A stretch of DNA of 63,861 nt from an uncultured archaeon. GTDB lineage: Archaea > Altiarchaeota > Altiarchaeia > IMC4 > QMZM01. Position 1 is the first letter of the stretch. Each line of letters opens with the position of its first letter. Made by a program: the position numbers and the translations under genes. The notes beneath the pieces are model-generated. The model was not told the origin of the DNA. It searched no databases and saw only the letters and a program-made list of their open reading frames with translations. The stretch is taken from assembly GCA_965602195.1 (NCBI GenBank), contig CBFCYF010000001.1, positions 1-63,861 of the forward strand, given 5' to 3'. Of this stretch, positions 49,101 through 58,242 are shown piece by piece.

Positions 49101-51892
49101 GGCTTAACTGCAGTTCCATAGCATATGGGGACACCCTAGCCCAGGTCAGAGTTAACTGCAGCAGCAAGGATGGACAGATTCTCGCAGCAAATATCACATT
49201 AATGAACATCCCTGACTCCAGGGTTTTCTTTACGGGAACAAATGCAACAGAGATCGGGGGATACTGGACATATAATAATCCAAATGAATCTATCGAAGAC
49301 TCAGGCACATGGAATCTCTCAGCGGTATGCAGAGATAATCTATCCCAGGTGGGGCAGGGTGAATTTCACTGGGATGTTCCGTGGGGTAACATAACAGGCT
49401 ACATGATAAACCCAATATCCAACAAAAATGTGATACAGTATGGATTATTCAACTTTACATCAGGTGTGAACTGCTCCGGGGGTGAATGCGGTAATATAAG
49501 CGCCAGCCTCTACACCCTAGAATCCGATCAAACGAATTACTCCATTGAAACAACCACATATAACTGGATAGAGATCAACAACGGCTCAGACAGCGGCATT
49601 ACAGGCGATGATGACTGTGTTACATTAAATCTTGGCTTCAACTTTACATTCTTCAACAACACCTACTCCAACATCACCGTAAGCTCCAATGGATACATTA
49701 CATTCGGAGGCTATGGATGGAGGTATTCAAACGCCGACATCCCTAACTCATTAGAACCTAACGACTACATAGCGCCATTCTGGGATGATCTTGATCCGTC
49801 AGAGGGAGGTAAGATATATTATAAGACTCAGGGTAGCAGCCCCACTAGGAAATTTATAGTGGAATGGTGGGAACTACCCCACTATACGCGGTATGGTGGA
49901 TACGATAATATCACATTCGAGGCGATATTATATGAGGGAAGTGATAGGATAAAGTTCCAATACGATGATGTGGTTTTCGGCTATATTGGCTATGATAACG
50001 GTAAGAATGCAACGGTGGGATTAGAGAATTATGAGGGTACAGACGGCGCAAAATTCTCTTATATGTCGGATTTATTGAGTGACGGTATGACCCTCCTCTT
50101 CGAAAAAGGTAAACATCTGATTCCAGAAAACACAGGAAACCCATTTTATACCACATCAGAAAACCCCGGCTCCTGCCCTGATATGGGTGCCAGGGATTCA
50201 TGTAACATCACCTGGCATGTGAATGCCACAGGAAGCATAAACACGTCCAAGATGTTTCATGTATCCTATGATCCAGTTGACTACGGATCATACCTCAGCT
50301 TTGACACAACAGATCCGGTGAATGTCACCATCACCGGTGATCTACCCCCGGATATTACATCACACTCCATAACACCCAAGGTGGCGTTAAACGGAAGTGA
50401 TGTCACCATAGAGATGAATGCATCTGACTCCAATCTCGACAGGATGTGGTGCAGTATAACAATGCCGAACTCAACCAACACCACCCTCAACCTTTCCTCG
50501 GTGAGCTACAGCCCACCCCTCACAGGCAGATACAACATCACCTTCTACGCCAACGACTCCGCGGGGAATGAGAACTCGGTTGATGACCACTTCATCGTAA
50601 AACCAGGATTATTGTTTAATTCCTCCTCAGTAGACTACAACGACAGCGGATTAAGCACGAACCTAAGCTTCTACTACGAGGGAAGCCTGATCCTATTCAA
50701 CAAATCCGATGAAGGAAACTTCTCCCTCTGGATCCCAGACTATGTCTACGATATGGGGTTCTCCACCTTCAACGGCTCATTCACCGCATTACTCCGGGAA
50801 GTGAATTTCTCCCAAAACAACAATAAAAGCATGAACTTCGACCGGAAAACAATCCCCGATTACCTGGCGACCTACGCCGCCGAAGGCAGCTACAACTTCA
50901 TAGAGGCTACTTTAACTCTGAGCTATGAAGACACCGGTTACGGGGATGAAACCCATCTCGGGATTTACATATGCCATAACTGGAGCATCCCCCAAAGAAA
51001 ATGTCTGGAAGACTGGGTGAATGCAACAGGAAACGCATCCCAGGACGAAGACGAAGACACCTTCACATTGAATGTGTCAGGGTTCTCCGGGTTTTCAATA
51101 AAACAAGAACCTTATTGCGGCGATGGCATTAAAAATGATGGAGAGGAGTGTGACAAAAAAGATTTTGGAGGCAAAACCTGCAGCACTTACGGTTACAACA
51201 GAGGACTCCTAAGCTGCACTTTAAGCTGCACCATCAACAGCGGCGGTTGCTATAACAGTGGCGGAGGCTCAGGTAACGGCGGAGGAAGCGGAGGCGGGTT
51301 CTCCGCGATAGCGATTACCAAAGCCACCTGCTTCGATGGACTAAAGAACTGCCACGATAATGCATGCGAGGAGGAGGTGGACTGCGGAGGACCCTGCGAA
51401 CCCTGCCCCTCATGCACAGATAATATACAGAACCAAGGAGAAAATGGGGTAGACTGCGGCGGACCCTGTAAACCATGTATAACCACCACAACCTCAACAA
51501 CCACCCTAAAGGCTACGACCTCATCAACTCTTGCGGCGACTACCACCCTACAGCCCCCAACTACCACAGTTTCTGAGACAACCTTAACCTCAACCACCAC
51601 CCCCATAAAGAAGGATTACATCACCGGGATTGCAGGAATCCTGCTGGTTATAACGGTCATAGCTATTATGGTGATTGGCAGGCAGATGATACATACGATG
51701 ACGACGAAAACAACAAAAGAGAAAAAACAGGAGGAGCATATGTCTGAAAACGAAACAGATGCTAATCTAAAAACCATCGGAGAAAACATCGATAAAATAA
51801 AAAGTGACGATTTAGGTGAGGAAGAACACGATAAAATTCTAAGGGAAACCTACGACCTCTACAAAGACGTAAAAGAATACGATGATCAATAG
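46199..51892 (+). CDS. giant surface protein: signal anchor, peptidase C25 (gingipain)-like domain, Fn3-like, NIDO-like and Ig-like modules, Cys-rich repeats, T/S linker, TM, charged tail
   Basis: 1897 aa. The C25-like core includes YDYVIITSAAL, YVLLGGDAD..VPARGFY, EVYVGRAPVDS, His in INHLGHAS and Cys in YSQGCYPGAFD. The Fn3-like part is PPQISDIKNTSITYHSARITWKTDD. The NIDO-like part is VSSNGYITFGG...YIAPFWDDLDPSEGGKIYY. Cys-rich motifs are CGDGIKNDGEECD and 2x ...DCGGPC.PC. The TM is IAGILLVITVIAIMVIG. Confidence 0.8.
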   Translation: MSTESQKRRQIKLLPAVILIFLLLAVVSALNSTENTTLLTGNSTINKTLPSSTTSPYVMSPPKLSAGSLESSLIDPSGDANVTQNNFFNFTSRVECVGGFCGNITATLDPRKYRKIAERRYPVMHETVDGFTLRYVFEEPVVGKHGVFESVTVSGTHRYGAPGYPVLPFKTARILIPHGEKIVDVEVAAGQEIAVGKGFKVEPGQKPISLCSKDPVEFTPPDEKVYSSHNEFPQDLFSKDYRVQEKRGYSILIVNLFPVRYVPATGRLSYFRDLTLTVKTRKAGRAKKPGNFRGLPGDRRVLEGIADNPSTLKSYDGIGREKLGGSPQSTSFVNSSESYDYVIITSAALNASSRNYTFHDLVDHKNSRGVKSRIVTVKQIMAEDDYDCDGSIPTSWGDGCGTGSQFNDTQAHIRNFIRDAYQNWGIQYVLLGGDADGANVSGESGDNIVPARGFYAQCVGSDSNLISDLYYSGLNGSWNNDNDSYWGEDGEDDIYAEVYVGRAPVDSDSEVSNFVKKTIAYENSNDAYLEKALMVGEHLGFGGASEYGKDSKEEIRNGSNAHGYNTTGFPDNYNVSTLYDADWEKYGWPKPYRGSGGWPKSTLISFMNNGTHIINHLGHASTLYVMKLCNAPVYQSEPYCGTSGDTDIDDLINDKYFFAYSQGCYPGAFDNWNYEGVYTKSDSIAEHLVTSEHGAFAVIMNSRYGWGAYNSTNGASQHPDREFFNALFGEDKRHLGEANHYSKEASIGFLPDPCIRWVIYETNLLGDPETSIKIPGEDKGVIPVNDSYAKPFYTISNNPYNADNLACLKNMNANDSCNQTWIVNATGDSGSWEFFVIYESDNSTVNTNISKKINITIIDASPPQISDIKNTSITYHSARITWKTDDYSNSTVYYGTTPSNLSSVNWTTSFEKEHEVSIEGLDSLTLYYYNVSSCNMDGCCSESGPYNFSTTPMPIQFNGFACHNGSEWLNCSSIAYGDTLAQVRVNCSSKDGQILAANITLMNIPDSRVFFTGTNATEIGGYWTYNNPNESIEDSGTWNLSAVCRDNLSQVGQGEFHWDVPWGNITGYMINPISNKNVIQYGLFNFTSGVNCSGGECGNISASLYTLESDQTNYSIETTTYNWIEINNGSDSGITGDDDCVTLNLGFNFTFFNNTYSNITVSSNGYITFGGYGWRYSNADIPNSLEPNDYIAPFWDDLDPSEGGKIYYKTQGSSPTRKFIVEWWELPHYTRYGGYDNITFEAILYEGSDRIKFQYDDVVFGYIGYDNGKNATVGLENYEGTDGAKFSYMSDLLSDGMTLLFEKGKHLIPENTGNPFYTTSENPGSCPDMGARDSCNITWHVNATGSINTSKMFHVSYDPVDYGSYLSFDTTDPVNVTITGDLPPDITSHSITPKVALNGSDVTIEMNASDSNLDRMWCSITMPNSTNTTLNLSSVSYSPPLTGRYNITFYANDSAGNENSVDDHFIVKPGLLFNSSSVDYNDSGLSTNLSFYYEGSLILFNKSDEGNFSLWIPDYVYDMGFSTFNGSFTALLREVNFSQNNNKSMNFDRKTIPDYLATYAAEGSYNFIEATLTLSYEDTGYGDETHLGIYICHNWSIPQRKCLEDWVNATGNASQDEDEDTFTLNVSGFSGFSIKQEPYCGDGIKNDGEECDKKDFGGKTCSTYGYNRGLLSCTLSCTINSGGCYNSGGGSGNGGGSGGGFSAIAITKATCFDGLKNCHDNACEEEVDCGGPCEPCPSCTDNIQNQGENGVDCGGPCKPCITTTTSTTTLKATTSSTLAATTTLQPPTTTVSETTLTSTTTPIKKDYITGIAGILLVITVIAIMVIGRQMIHTMTTKTTKEKKQEEHMSENETDANLKTIGENIDKIKSDDLGEEEHDKILRETYDLYKDVKEYDDQ

Positions 51893-52002
51893 AGATTCCC
51901 TGTTAAAAAAAATTTATTTCGGCGATCTGAATAAATCTGTTTTTTAAAGATACGTTTTCAATACTTAGAATGTATCATTTTTCTTTTATTTGAGGGCATA
52001 AG

Positions 52003-52251
52003 ATGGTTAGTTATATTATTGCAAGACAATTAGGGGGGAAACCTGTGATTACCGTAGGAGGGGAAGAGTTAGGGAGACTAGATGACATTATAGTTGATGA
52101 AAAAAACGGGGAGTTCATCTCCATAATAGTGGAGCCAGTATCCCCAGAGATCCTGCCCAGGATATCGTATCCCAAAGACAAGGACGGGAATCTGATAATC
52201 CCCTACGACTCAGTGAATGCTGTGAGTAAGGTAGTGGTTGTTAAGGCGTAA
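52003..52251 (+). CDS. PRC-barrel domain protein
   Basis: 82 aa containing GKPVITVGGEELGRLDDIIVDEKNGEFISIIVEP...IPYDSVNAVSKVVVV. Confidence 0.75.
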   Translation: MVSYIIARQLGGKPVITVGGEELGRLDDIIVDEKNGEFISIIVEPVSPEILPRISYPKDKDGNLIIPYDSVNAVSKVVVVKA

Positions 52252-52268
52252 TCTCTGCAACCGTAAGG

Positions 52269-52958
52269 ATGGAAACCAGATTCAAGTTTGATGAATCACT
52301 GAATACTCTAAGAGGGAATCCTAGTCTGATGATACCCTCCGTCTTCTACCTGATTCTGATGGTTGCCTCAATTCTTGGGGCAATCACATTAGTCTTTTTT
52401 ATGATAGGGTTAACTCCCGCCCTCATCGGGGATGCCGCAGCAGCAGTATCGGCATTTTTTACCTTCTTCCTCCTGTTTTTCCTTGGCATCATGGGTTATA
52501 TTGTCTTTATCTGGGTTCTTGAGATGCTTGTATTCACCGCAACCATAGACATGGCCTGTAAGGCCATCGAGGGAAAAAAGGTGGGGTTTTCGGATTTCAC
52601 CGCCGCCGTAAAGAAATACTTTTTCAGGAGTATCGCAGCAGGGATACTTGTGGGAATCCTGAGCATGGTAGGGGTGTTGTTCTTGTGGATTGGCAGCCTC
52701 ATAGTGCAGTTTTTTCTGTTTTTCGTCCCTGTTTTCATGGTCAGAGAAAACCTTGGAGTAGTAGAGTCCATCAAGAAATCAATAAGTTTCGTGAGAGAAA
52801 ACATCATCGACTCCCTGGTGATATTCGCGATATATTTCGGGGCGAATATGGTATCCGGGATGCTGCTTTATATCCCGATGATTCTAGCTATACCCGTGGT
52901 TTTTCTGGTTGCGGTTCAGCTGGTGGATGATGCGGAGAAAAAGGCAGTCGCTATCTGA
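52269..52958 (+). CDS. hypothetical polytopic membrane protein
   Basis: 229 aa with about 6 TM. I recognise no family. Confidence 0.6.
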   Translation: METRFKFDESLNTLRGNPSLMIPSVFYLILMVASILGAITLVFFMIGLTPALIGDAAAAVSAFFTFFLLFFLGIMGYIVFIWVLEMLVFTATIDMACKAIEGKKVGFSDFTAAVKKYFFRSIAAGILVGILSMVGVLFLWIGSLIVQFFLFFVPVFMVRENLGVVESIKKSISFVRENIIDSLVIFAIYFGANMVSGMLLYIPMILAIPVVFLVAVQLVDDAEKKAVAI

Positions 52959-52963
52959 CAAAC

Positions 52964-54178
52964 TTATTCATATCTCAGGGCATCCACCGGCTTCAGCTGT
53001 GACGCCTGCCTCGCCGGCAGGACTCCGGATATGCACCCAACAAGGAAAGAAAATGTAAGAGATCCGAGGATAAGTTCGGGTGTGATGCTCGCCTTGATCA
53101 AGACGAGGTCGAGTTGTGTGATTGCGATATACTCAAAGCCCTTGCCTATTGCGGTCCCAATCAAGCAGCCGATGGCCCCTCCAACCATCCCGATTGTTCC
53201 GGACTCTATGAGGAACAGGAGAAGTATGTCCGAATTTCTTGCCCCGACTGCTTTCATGACGCCGATCTCCCGGGTTCTCTCAAGCACGGAAGTGTACATG
53301 GTGTTCATGATGCCTATTCCGCCGACGAATAGCGATATGAGGGCTACGGCAACAACAAACCACTGCGCTAAATCAAGAACCAGTCCAGTTGCCTCCATCA
53401 TCTGATCCAGGCTCTGGACCTGGAAGTCCTCCTCCCCTACCCTGAGGCCGCGGTCTTTTCGCAGTGCTTTCTCCAGGTTTTCTGCGACCTCATTTACCTC
53501 ATAGTTTGCCTTAACCTTCACCATAGCAACCATGTACTCATCCTTTAGGTCGAAGAGTTCCTGCACCGTCTTCATGGGGATGTATATATTTCTGTCGTCT
53601 CCGGGGTTGCCTACTCTGCTAACCTCGCCAACTACATCGAATTTTTTGTCGTTGATTGTTACTCTGTCGCCTACTCCGACAGGTTTGTCGAAGATATTCC
53701 CCGCCCAGAAATCGTAACCGAGTGTGGCCTTGTATCCGTCGTTCTCCCTGAACTTCTTCTGCCCCCTCAGGACTTCTATGCCCGTCCCCTCGAGCATTAT
53801 ATCCTGCGTGCCAGGATCCAAGCCTGCGATAAAACTATCAAATATCACCTCATCCCTGTATTTTACCTTGCTGTATTTGCCCGTCATGCCCCCCGCGAGT
53901 TCAACGCCGCGCACGTCTCGCATCACCTCAAGGTCGTGGTCGTTTATTGACGCACCCCCCCCAGTAATTGTCTCGGTCAGCCCTCCGGGAAGAACATAGA
54001 CTATGTCTTTGCCGAGCAGCTCGAACTGCTCGTTTAGGGCAGCCTGCAGCCCATCCCCCAGCGAAATCAGTGAGACTATGGCTGCTATTCCCACGAATAT
54101 CCCCATCATGGTAAGCCAGCTTCTAATCCCCTTCCTTAGTATACCCTTAAACGAGAGTATGAAAAAGTCCTCAATCAT
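52964..54178 (-). CDS. ABC transporter permease, MacB/FtsX type
   Basis: 404 aa. It has an N-terminal TM, a large periplasmic-type MacB_PCD-like domain and a C-terminal FtsX 3-TM bundle (GIGIMNTMYTSVLERTREIGVMKAVGA). Confidence 0.85.
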   Translation of the reverse strand: MIEDFFILSFKGILRKGIRSWLTMMGIFVGIAAIVSLISLGDGLQAALNEQFELLGKDIVYVLPGGLTETITGGGASINDHDLEVMRDVRGVELAGGMTGKYSKVKYRDEVIFDSFIAGLDPGTQDIMLEGTGIEVLRGQKKFRENDGYKATLGYDFWAGNIFDKPVGVGDRVTINDKKFDVVGEVSRVGNPGDDRNIYIPMKTVQELFDLKDEYMVAMVKVKANYEVNEVAENLEKALRKDRGLRVGEEDFQVQSLDQMMEATGLVLDLAQWFVVAVALISLFVGGIGIMNTMYTSVLERTREIGVMKAVGARNSDILLLFLIESGTIGMVGGAIGCLIGTAIGKGFEYIAITQLDLVLIKASITPELILGSLTFSFLVGCISGVLPARQASQLKPVDALRYE

Positions 54179-54182
54179 TTTT

Positions 54183-55406
54183 TTACCTGTGCCTTAGAGC
54201 GTCAACTGGGTGCATCTTCGACGCCCTTCTCGCCGGCAGATAGCCTGAGATGCATCCGACGAGGAACGAAAACAACAATGCTCCTATGATAAGCTCGGAA
54301 GATGCGTACATTCGGAACATGGTTATCCCGCCATACTCTACGATAACGTACTCGAAGATCTTGCTCACAAGCAGGCCGAGTATTACGCCGATAACACCTC
54401 CGACGAGACCAAGTATGCCCGATTCTACGAGAAACATTAGCATTATGTCAGAGTTCCTTGCTCCGACGGCCTTCATTATACCTATCTGATTCGTCCGTTC
54501 AAGAATTGAGGTGTACATGGTGGTCATGATACCGATTCCGCCGACTATAAGGGATATTCCGGCGATGCCTGCGAGTACCCCGATGACAAGGTCAAGGACG
54601 TCCTGGAACACCCCTACGATGTTCTCCGGGGTCTCGACAGAGAAATCCTCTTCATCCTCCTTAACATCTCTATGCCTGCGTAGTTTATCCTTCATCGTCT
54701 CCGCGACAGCATCAATATCCGCTCCCTTCTCGATCTTCACCATAATCGCTGAGTACTCATCACTTTTGTTGGATAATTCTTGGGCTGTTTCAATGGGCAT
54801 CGTTATCTTTATGTCGTGGAAGGGGTTCCCTGTCTTCTTGTTTATCCCAACGACGTCAAACATTATCCCATCTATCTCTACCTTGTCGCCGACATCGATG
54901 TCTTCGTCGAAGGCTTCGTCGGTTCTAGGCCCTACCTGCATTTTGTATCTATCCCCGTCTTTAAGGTAGCGCCCTTTATCTACCACGAAAAAAGCGACTT
55001 GACGGAGAAGCCTCTGGTCTGCGGCGCCGGTTGGTGTCCCGAACACGGGAATGGACTTCCTTTTGTTATCAACCTTAACTTCGCCGGTCGTTACAAGGTA
55101 GCCGATTGCTGAATCAACGCCCCTCACCTTCTTTACGACATCAAGATCGCTTTCCTGTAATTTACCAGAAACGTAGGCTCCTCCGGCAACCCCCATGATG
55201 GCTCCTCCCCCGCCCGGGCTCACTATTATGCGGTCGCCGCCTACCTGCTCCATCTGCTGATCGATGTATTTCTGAAGCCCCTGACCCAGGGAGACAAAGG
55301 CTACTACGGCAATAATACCTACAAAGATACCTACCATGGTAAGCCAGCTACGCAGCTTCCTGTGCCGAACCCCATCTATCGCTAACTTAAAGTAATCCCC
55401 TATCAT
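54183..55406 (-). CDS. ABC transporter permease, MacB/FtsX type (paralog)
   Basis: 407 aa with the same architecture as 52964..54178 (GIGIMTTMYTSILERTNQIGIMKAVGA). Confidence 0.85.
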   Translation of the reverse strand: MIGDYFKLAIDGVRHRKLRSWLTMVGIFVGIIAVVAFVSLGQGLQKYIDQQMEQVGGDRIIVSPGGGGAIMGVAGGAYVSGKLQESDLDVVKKVRGVDSAIGYLVTTGEVKVDNKRKSIPVFGTPTGAADQRLLRQVAFFVVDKGRYLKDGDRYKMQVGPRTDEAFDEDIDVGDKVEIDGIMFDVVGINKKTGNPFHDIKITMPIETAQELSNKSDEYSAIMVKIEKGADIDAVAETMKDKLRRHRDVKEDEEDFSVETPENIVGVFQDVLDLVIGVLAGIAGISLIVGGIGIMTTMYTSILERTNQIGIMKAVGARNSDIMLMFLVESGILGLVGGVIGVILGLLVSKIFEYVIVEYGGITMFRMYASSELIIGALLFSFLVGCISGYLPARRASKMHPVDALRHR

Positions 55407-55446
55407 TTCCCACTCCTTAAAGAAGATAAAGATAAAGAAAAAAAGG

Positions 55447-56760
55447 CTATTTAGCGAATAGTTTCCGGTTCAGGAAGCCGGTTACCAGACCAAATAGTTT
55501 GAAGATGAACCACAGCACCAGTAGTGCGATGAAGATCGCAGGTATCGCTATCAAAAAACTGAGTATCATTGAAGAGGTTTCATCTGCCTGGTACTTCGCT
55601 GCATACTCTTCCTTTGAAAGGATCTTTATTTCAACTGTGCCTTCCTTCACGTAGTCTGTGTCGCTTCCCTCACCCTTATACTCCAGCCTAACCTTAAGCG
55701 GAATAACCTCCTTGTCCACCGAATCGCTTATTTTTATAGTGAACTCATCCGTCTCGATGTCGTCGGAGTCTAGGTTTCCGACATAGAACTCGTTTATGGA
55801 AACAACATCGTAGTCTTCTGTCGACTCAAGAGTGAATTTCAGGAACTTGGCGTCCACGAAACCCTCATTGGCTATGCTTAGAATAACCTCCCCTGTTGCG
55901 CCAGGAGCAAGCTCGTCAACTTCGTCGAGGCCGAATGCTAGATCCGGCTCAGAGTGGATCTGCACGCCGATGCTGGTCTCAAGGCTGCCTGCGGTACCAT
56001 TACGGGCAGTATATGAGACTGTCACAGGTATCTCGTATGTCTTTACCTGCGCATCACCGGATACTGCAACCCTAAATGAGACATCCATGCACTCACCGGC
56101 TTTGAAGCTGCCGAGATACTTGCTGGATGAGCTTATAGGTGTGAAGGGAGCACTCAAAGCTAATCCTATGGAAGCATGTTTTGCGATACCCCCTGCCTTG
56201 TTGCATAACTTGAGTTCCACATCCCCGGTGGTTCCCATCTTCATGGTGTTCTCTGCTGCGATGTCGAATTCAGCGATCCCTGTGACGGGAATCTCAAAGG
56301 AGTAGGATCTCAGAAGCTCCTCATATGTTCCCTCAAGATCACCCTTGTATATCTGGAACATCATCTTATAGCCTGTGGCAGGAGCATCATCACTTATCTT
56401 CACCTTGAAATGAGAGCTCCAGGTCTCCCCTACAAAGATGTGTCCTGCGGTCTTCTCCCCGTCTTTTATCAGAACATATTCCTCGGAGATGTCACCGTCA
56501 TGGACAAGCCTTGAGATGTAGTAATCCTGCGGGTTTTCCTCCAGAACATATCTGGTCCCTGACTCTGATCTGAGGGGGGTGTGGATAGCCAGTCTCTCCA
56601 CGGGGTGCTGGTGGTATTTAAGGTAGATATCCAAGTCATCCCCCGGCTCGATAAAGTAGGGCTCTATAACATACGAGTCAATCCTCACCTCACCATTCAC
56701 AGAATTCATCAAACAAAAAAATACTAAAATACCCAGAAACATTCCGATCTTCGTTTTCAT
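55447..56760 (-). CDS. secreted CARDB/S-layer-domain-like protein with C-terminal TM, embedded in the ABC operon
   Basis: 437 aa. A signal peptide is followed by repeated beta-sandwich segments (…GDDLDIYLKYHQ…, …GATGEVILSIANEG…). The C-terminal TM is ILSFLIAIPAIFIALLVLWFIF. Confidence 0.65.
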   Translation of the reverse strand: MKTKIGMFLGILVFFCLMNSVNGEVRIDSYVIEPYFIEPGDDLDIYLKYHQHPVERLAIHTPLRSESGTRYVLEENPQDYYISRLVHDGDISEEYVLIKDGEKTAGHIFVGETWSSHFKVKISDDAPATGYKMMFQIYKGDLEGTYEELLRSYSFEIPVTGIAEFDIAAENTMKMGTTGDVELKLCNKAGGIAKHASIGLALSAPFTPISSSSKYLGSFKAGECMDVSFRVAVSGDAQVKTYEIPVTVSYTARNGTAGSLETSIGVQIHSEPDLAFGLDEVDELAPGATGEVILSIANEGFVDAKFLKFTLESTEDYDVVSINEFYVGNLDSDDIETDEFTIKISDSVDKEVIPLKVRLEYKGEGSDTDYVKEGTVEIKILSKEEYAAKYQADETSSMILSFLIAIPAIFIALLVLWFIFKLFGLVTGFLNRKLFAK

Positions 56761-56766
56761 TTTTTT

Positions 56767-57543
56767 TTATACCTCCTCTTTTAAGTCAATACTTTCTCTT
56801 TCCTTTAAGGTTTTCCTTAAACCCTTTAACCCAGCTCCCTCATTTATCTCCTCGGTTGTTTTACCATCCCTTATGTTTATTATCCTATCCGCGTATTTTG
56901 AGAGCTCCGTATCGTGGGTTACCATAACAATTGTTTTGTTTTCCTCGCCATGCAAGGTTGTGAGCATGTCCATAATCTCGGTCCCGCTTTTGCTGTCCAG
57001 GTTCCCGGTAGGCTCATCTGCCAGAATGAGATCAGGATCATTAGCCAGTGATCTCGCTATAGCAACCCTCTGCTGCTGTCCCCCGGAAAGCTCCGTTGGT
57101 TTATGATGGACCCTGTCCCTAAGACCAACAGTGTTCAGGATCTCCGTGGCTCTCTTCTCCCTGATCCCCCTGTCAACACCCTGGAATGTCATCGGCAGCA
57201 TAACATTCTCCAGTGCACTTAACCCAGGCATCAGATTGAAGGTCTGGAAGACAAAGCCTATGATTTTACCTCTTATCTGTGCCAGGTCACTTTCATGTAG
57301 TTTTGATATGTCTCTTCCCTCAAGATAGACCTCCCCCCTGGTTGGGACGTCAAGGCAGCCTATCATATTCATGAGTGTACTTTTACCGGATCCGCTGGGA
57401 CCCATGATGGCCACGAATTCCCGGGGATAGATAACAAGATTCAGGCCCCTCAGTGCCGGAACCTCCACATCCCCCATCCAGTATATCTTCCATACATCCT
57501 CCAGTTGAATGATCGGCTCGCCTTCCTTTATTTCCTCAGTCAT
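56767..57543 (-). CDS. ABC transporter ATP-binding protein (MacB/LolD-like)
   Basis: 258 aa with Walker A GPSGSGKST, the signature LSGGQQQRVAIAR and Walker B LILADEPTGNLD. Confidence 0.95.
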   Translation of the reverse strand: MTEEIKEGEPIIQLEDVWKIYWMGDVEVPALRGLNLVIYPREFVAIMGPSGSGKSTLMNMIGCLDVPTRGEVYLEGRDISKLHESDLAQIRGKIIGFVFQTFNLMPGLSALENVMLPMTFQGVDRGIREKRATEILNTVGLRDRVHHKPTELSGGQQQRVAIARSLANDPDLILADEPTGNLDSKSGTEIMDMLTTLHGEENKTIVMVTHDTELSKYADRIINIRDGKTTEEINEGAGLKGLRKTLKERESIDLKEEV

Positions 57544-57587
57544 CTTTTTAGTCCCATAAACATTGGTATTTAATGTGTAAAAGCTAT

Positions 57588-58094
57588 CTATGCCCCCTCC
57601 TCAATCGATAAATCTTTAAGGGATATCTCATCAAGTTTTTCTAGCATATGCTGTAGTATTTTCTCAAATTGAAGCAGCTGCAGATAGTAGTTTTCTATTA
57701 TCCGGAGCTTTTTTCTGGATTTTTCGTCTTTGACCTTGCTTTTGTATTTATTGATTAATTGGGGTAGGAACTCCTTGGCGGGTTTGATGAAATGTTCGTT
57801 TGCGGCATTAATCTTCATTATGTTTAATTTCGCAAGGTCTTTTTCCATGTAGAAATAGACTTTTTTTGTTCCTGGTTTTTTTATACGCTGGACGAATCCC
57901 ATATTCTCCAGCAGCCTCATTGTGTTGGATATGGATGCGAGACTGTAGCCTGTTTTTTTGGCGAGGTCTTCCATTGGAACCTCTTCAGGCTCAAGATAGA
58001 GCACGCTGACAACCTTGGAGGATAGATCATCTAATCCGAAGGATTTTGCGATTTTATTGAAGGCTACCATCCATTCCTTTTCCAGCTCATCCAT
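57588..58094 (-). CDS. MarR/GbsR-like winged-helix transcriptional regulator
   Basis: 168 aa containing SKVVSVLYLEPEEVPMEDLAKKTGYSLASISNTMRLLENMGFVQRIKKPGTKKVYF. Confidence 0.75.
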   Translation of the reverse strand: MDELEKEWMVAFNKIAKSFGLDDLSSKVVSVLYLEPEEVPMEDLAKKTGYSLASISNTMRLLENMGFVQRIKKPGTKKVYFYMEKDLAKLNIMKINAANEHFIKPAKEFLPQLINKYKSKVKDEKSRKKLRIIENYYLQLLQFEKILQHMLEKLDEISLKDLSIEEGA

Positions 58095-58170
58095 CTTTTT
58101 TCGTAAATTTTAGTATTTTTAAAAAAATATAGAATTACTGAATATAAGGAATTTATCCTATAAAAATAAT

Positions 58171-58208
58171 AAAAAAATTGCTTCGCAATTGTATACTTTC
58201 GTATACAA
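58171..58208. repeat. double-hairpin element, copy 3 (7-bp spacer deletion)
   Basis: Sequence aaaaaaaTTGCttcGCAAtTGTATACtttcGTATACAA. It lies 35 nt past the stop of the antiporter gene, and on the minus strand it reads hairpin plus T7. Confidence 0.85.
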
Positions 58209-58242
58209 CGAGAAATTCCGTTGGGTTTTCTGTGCCCAATTA

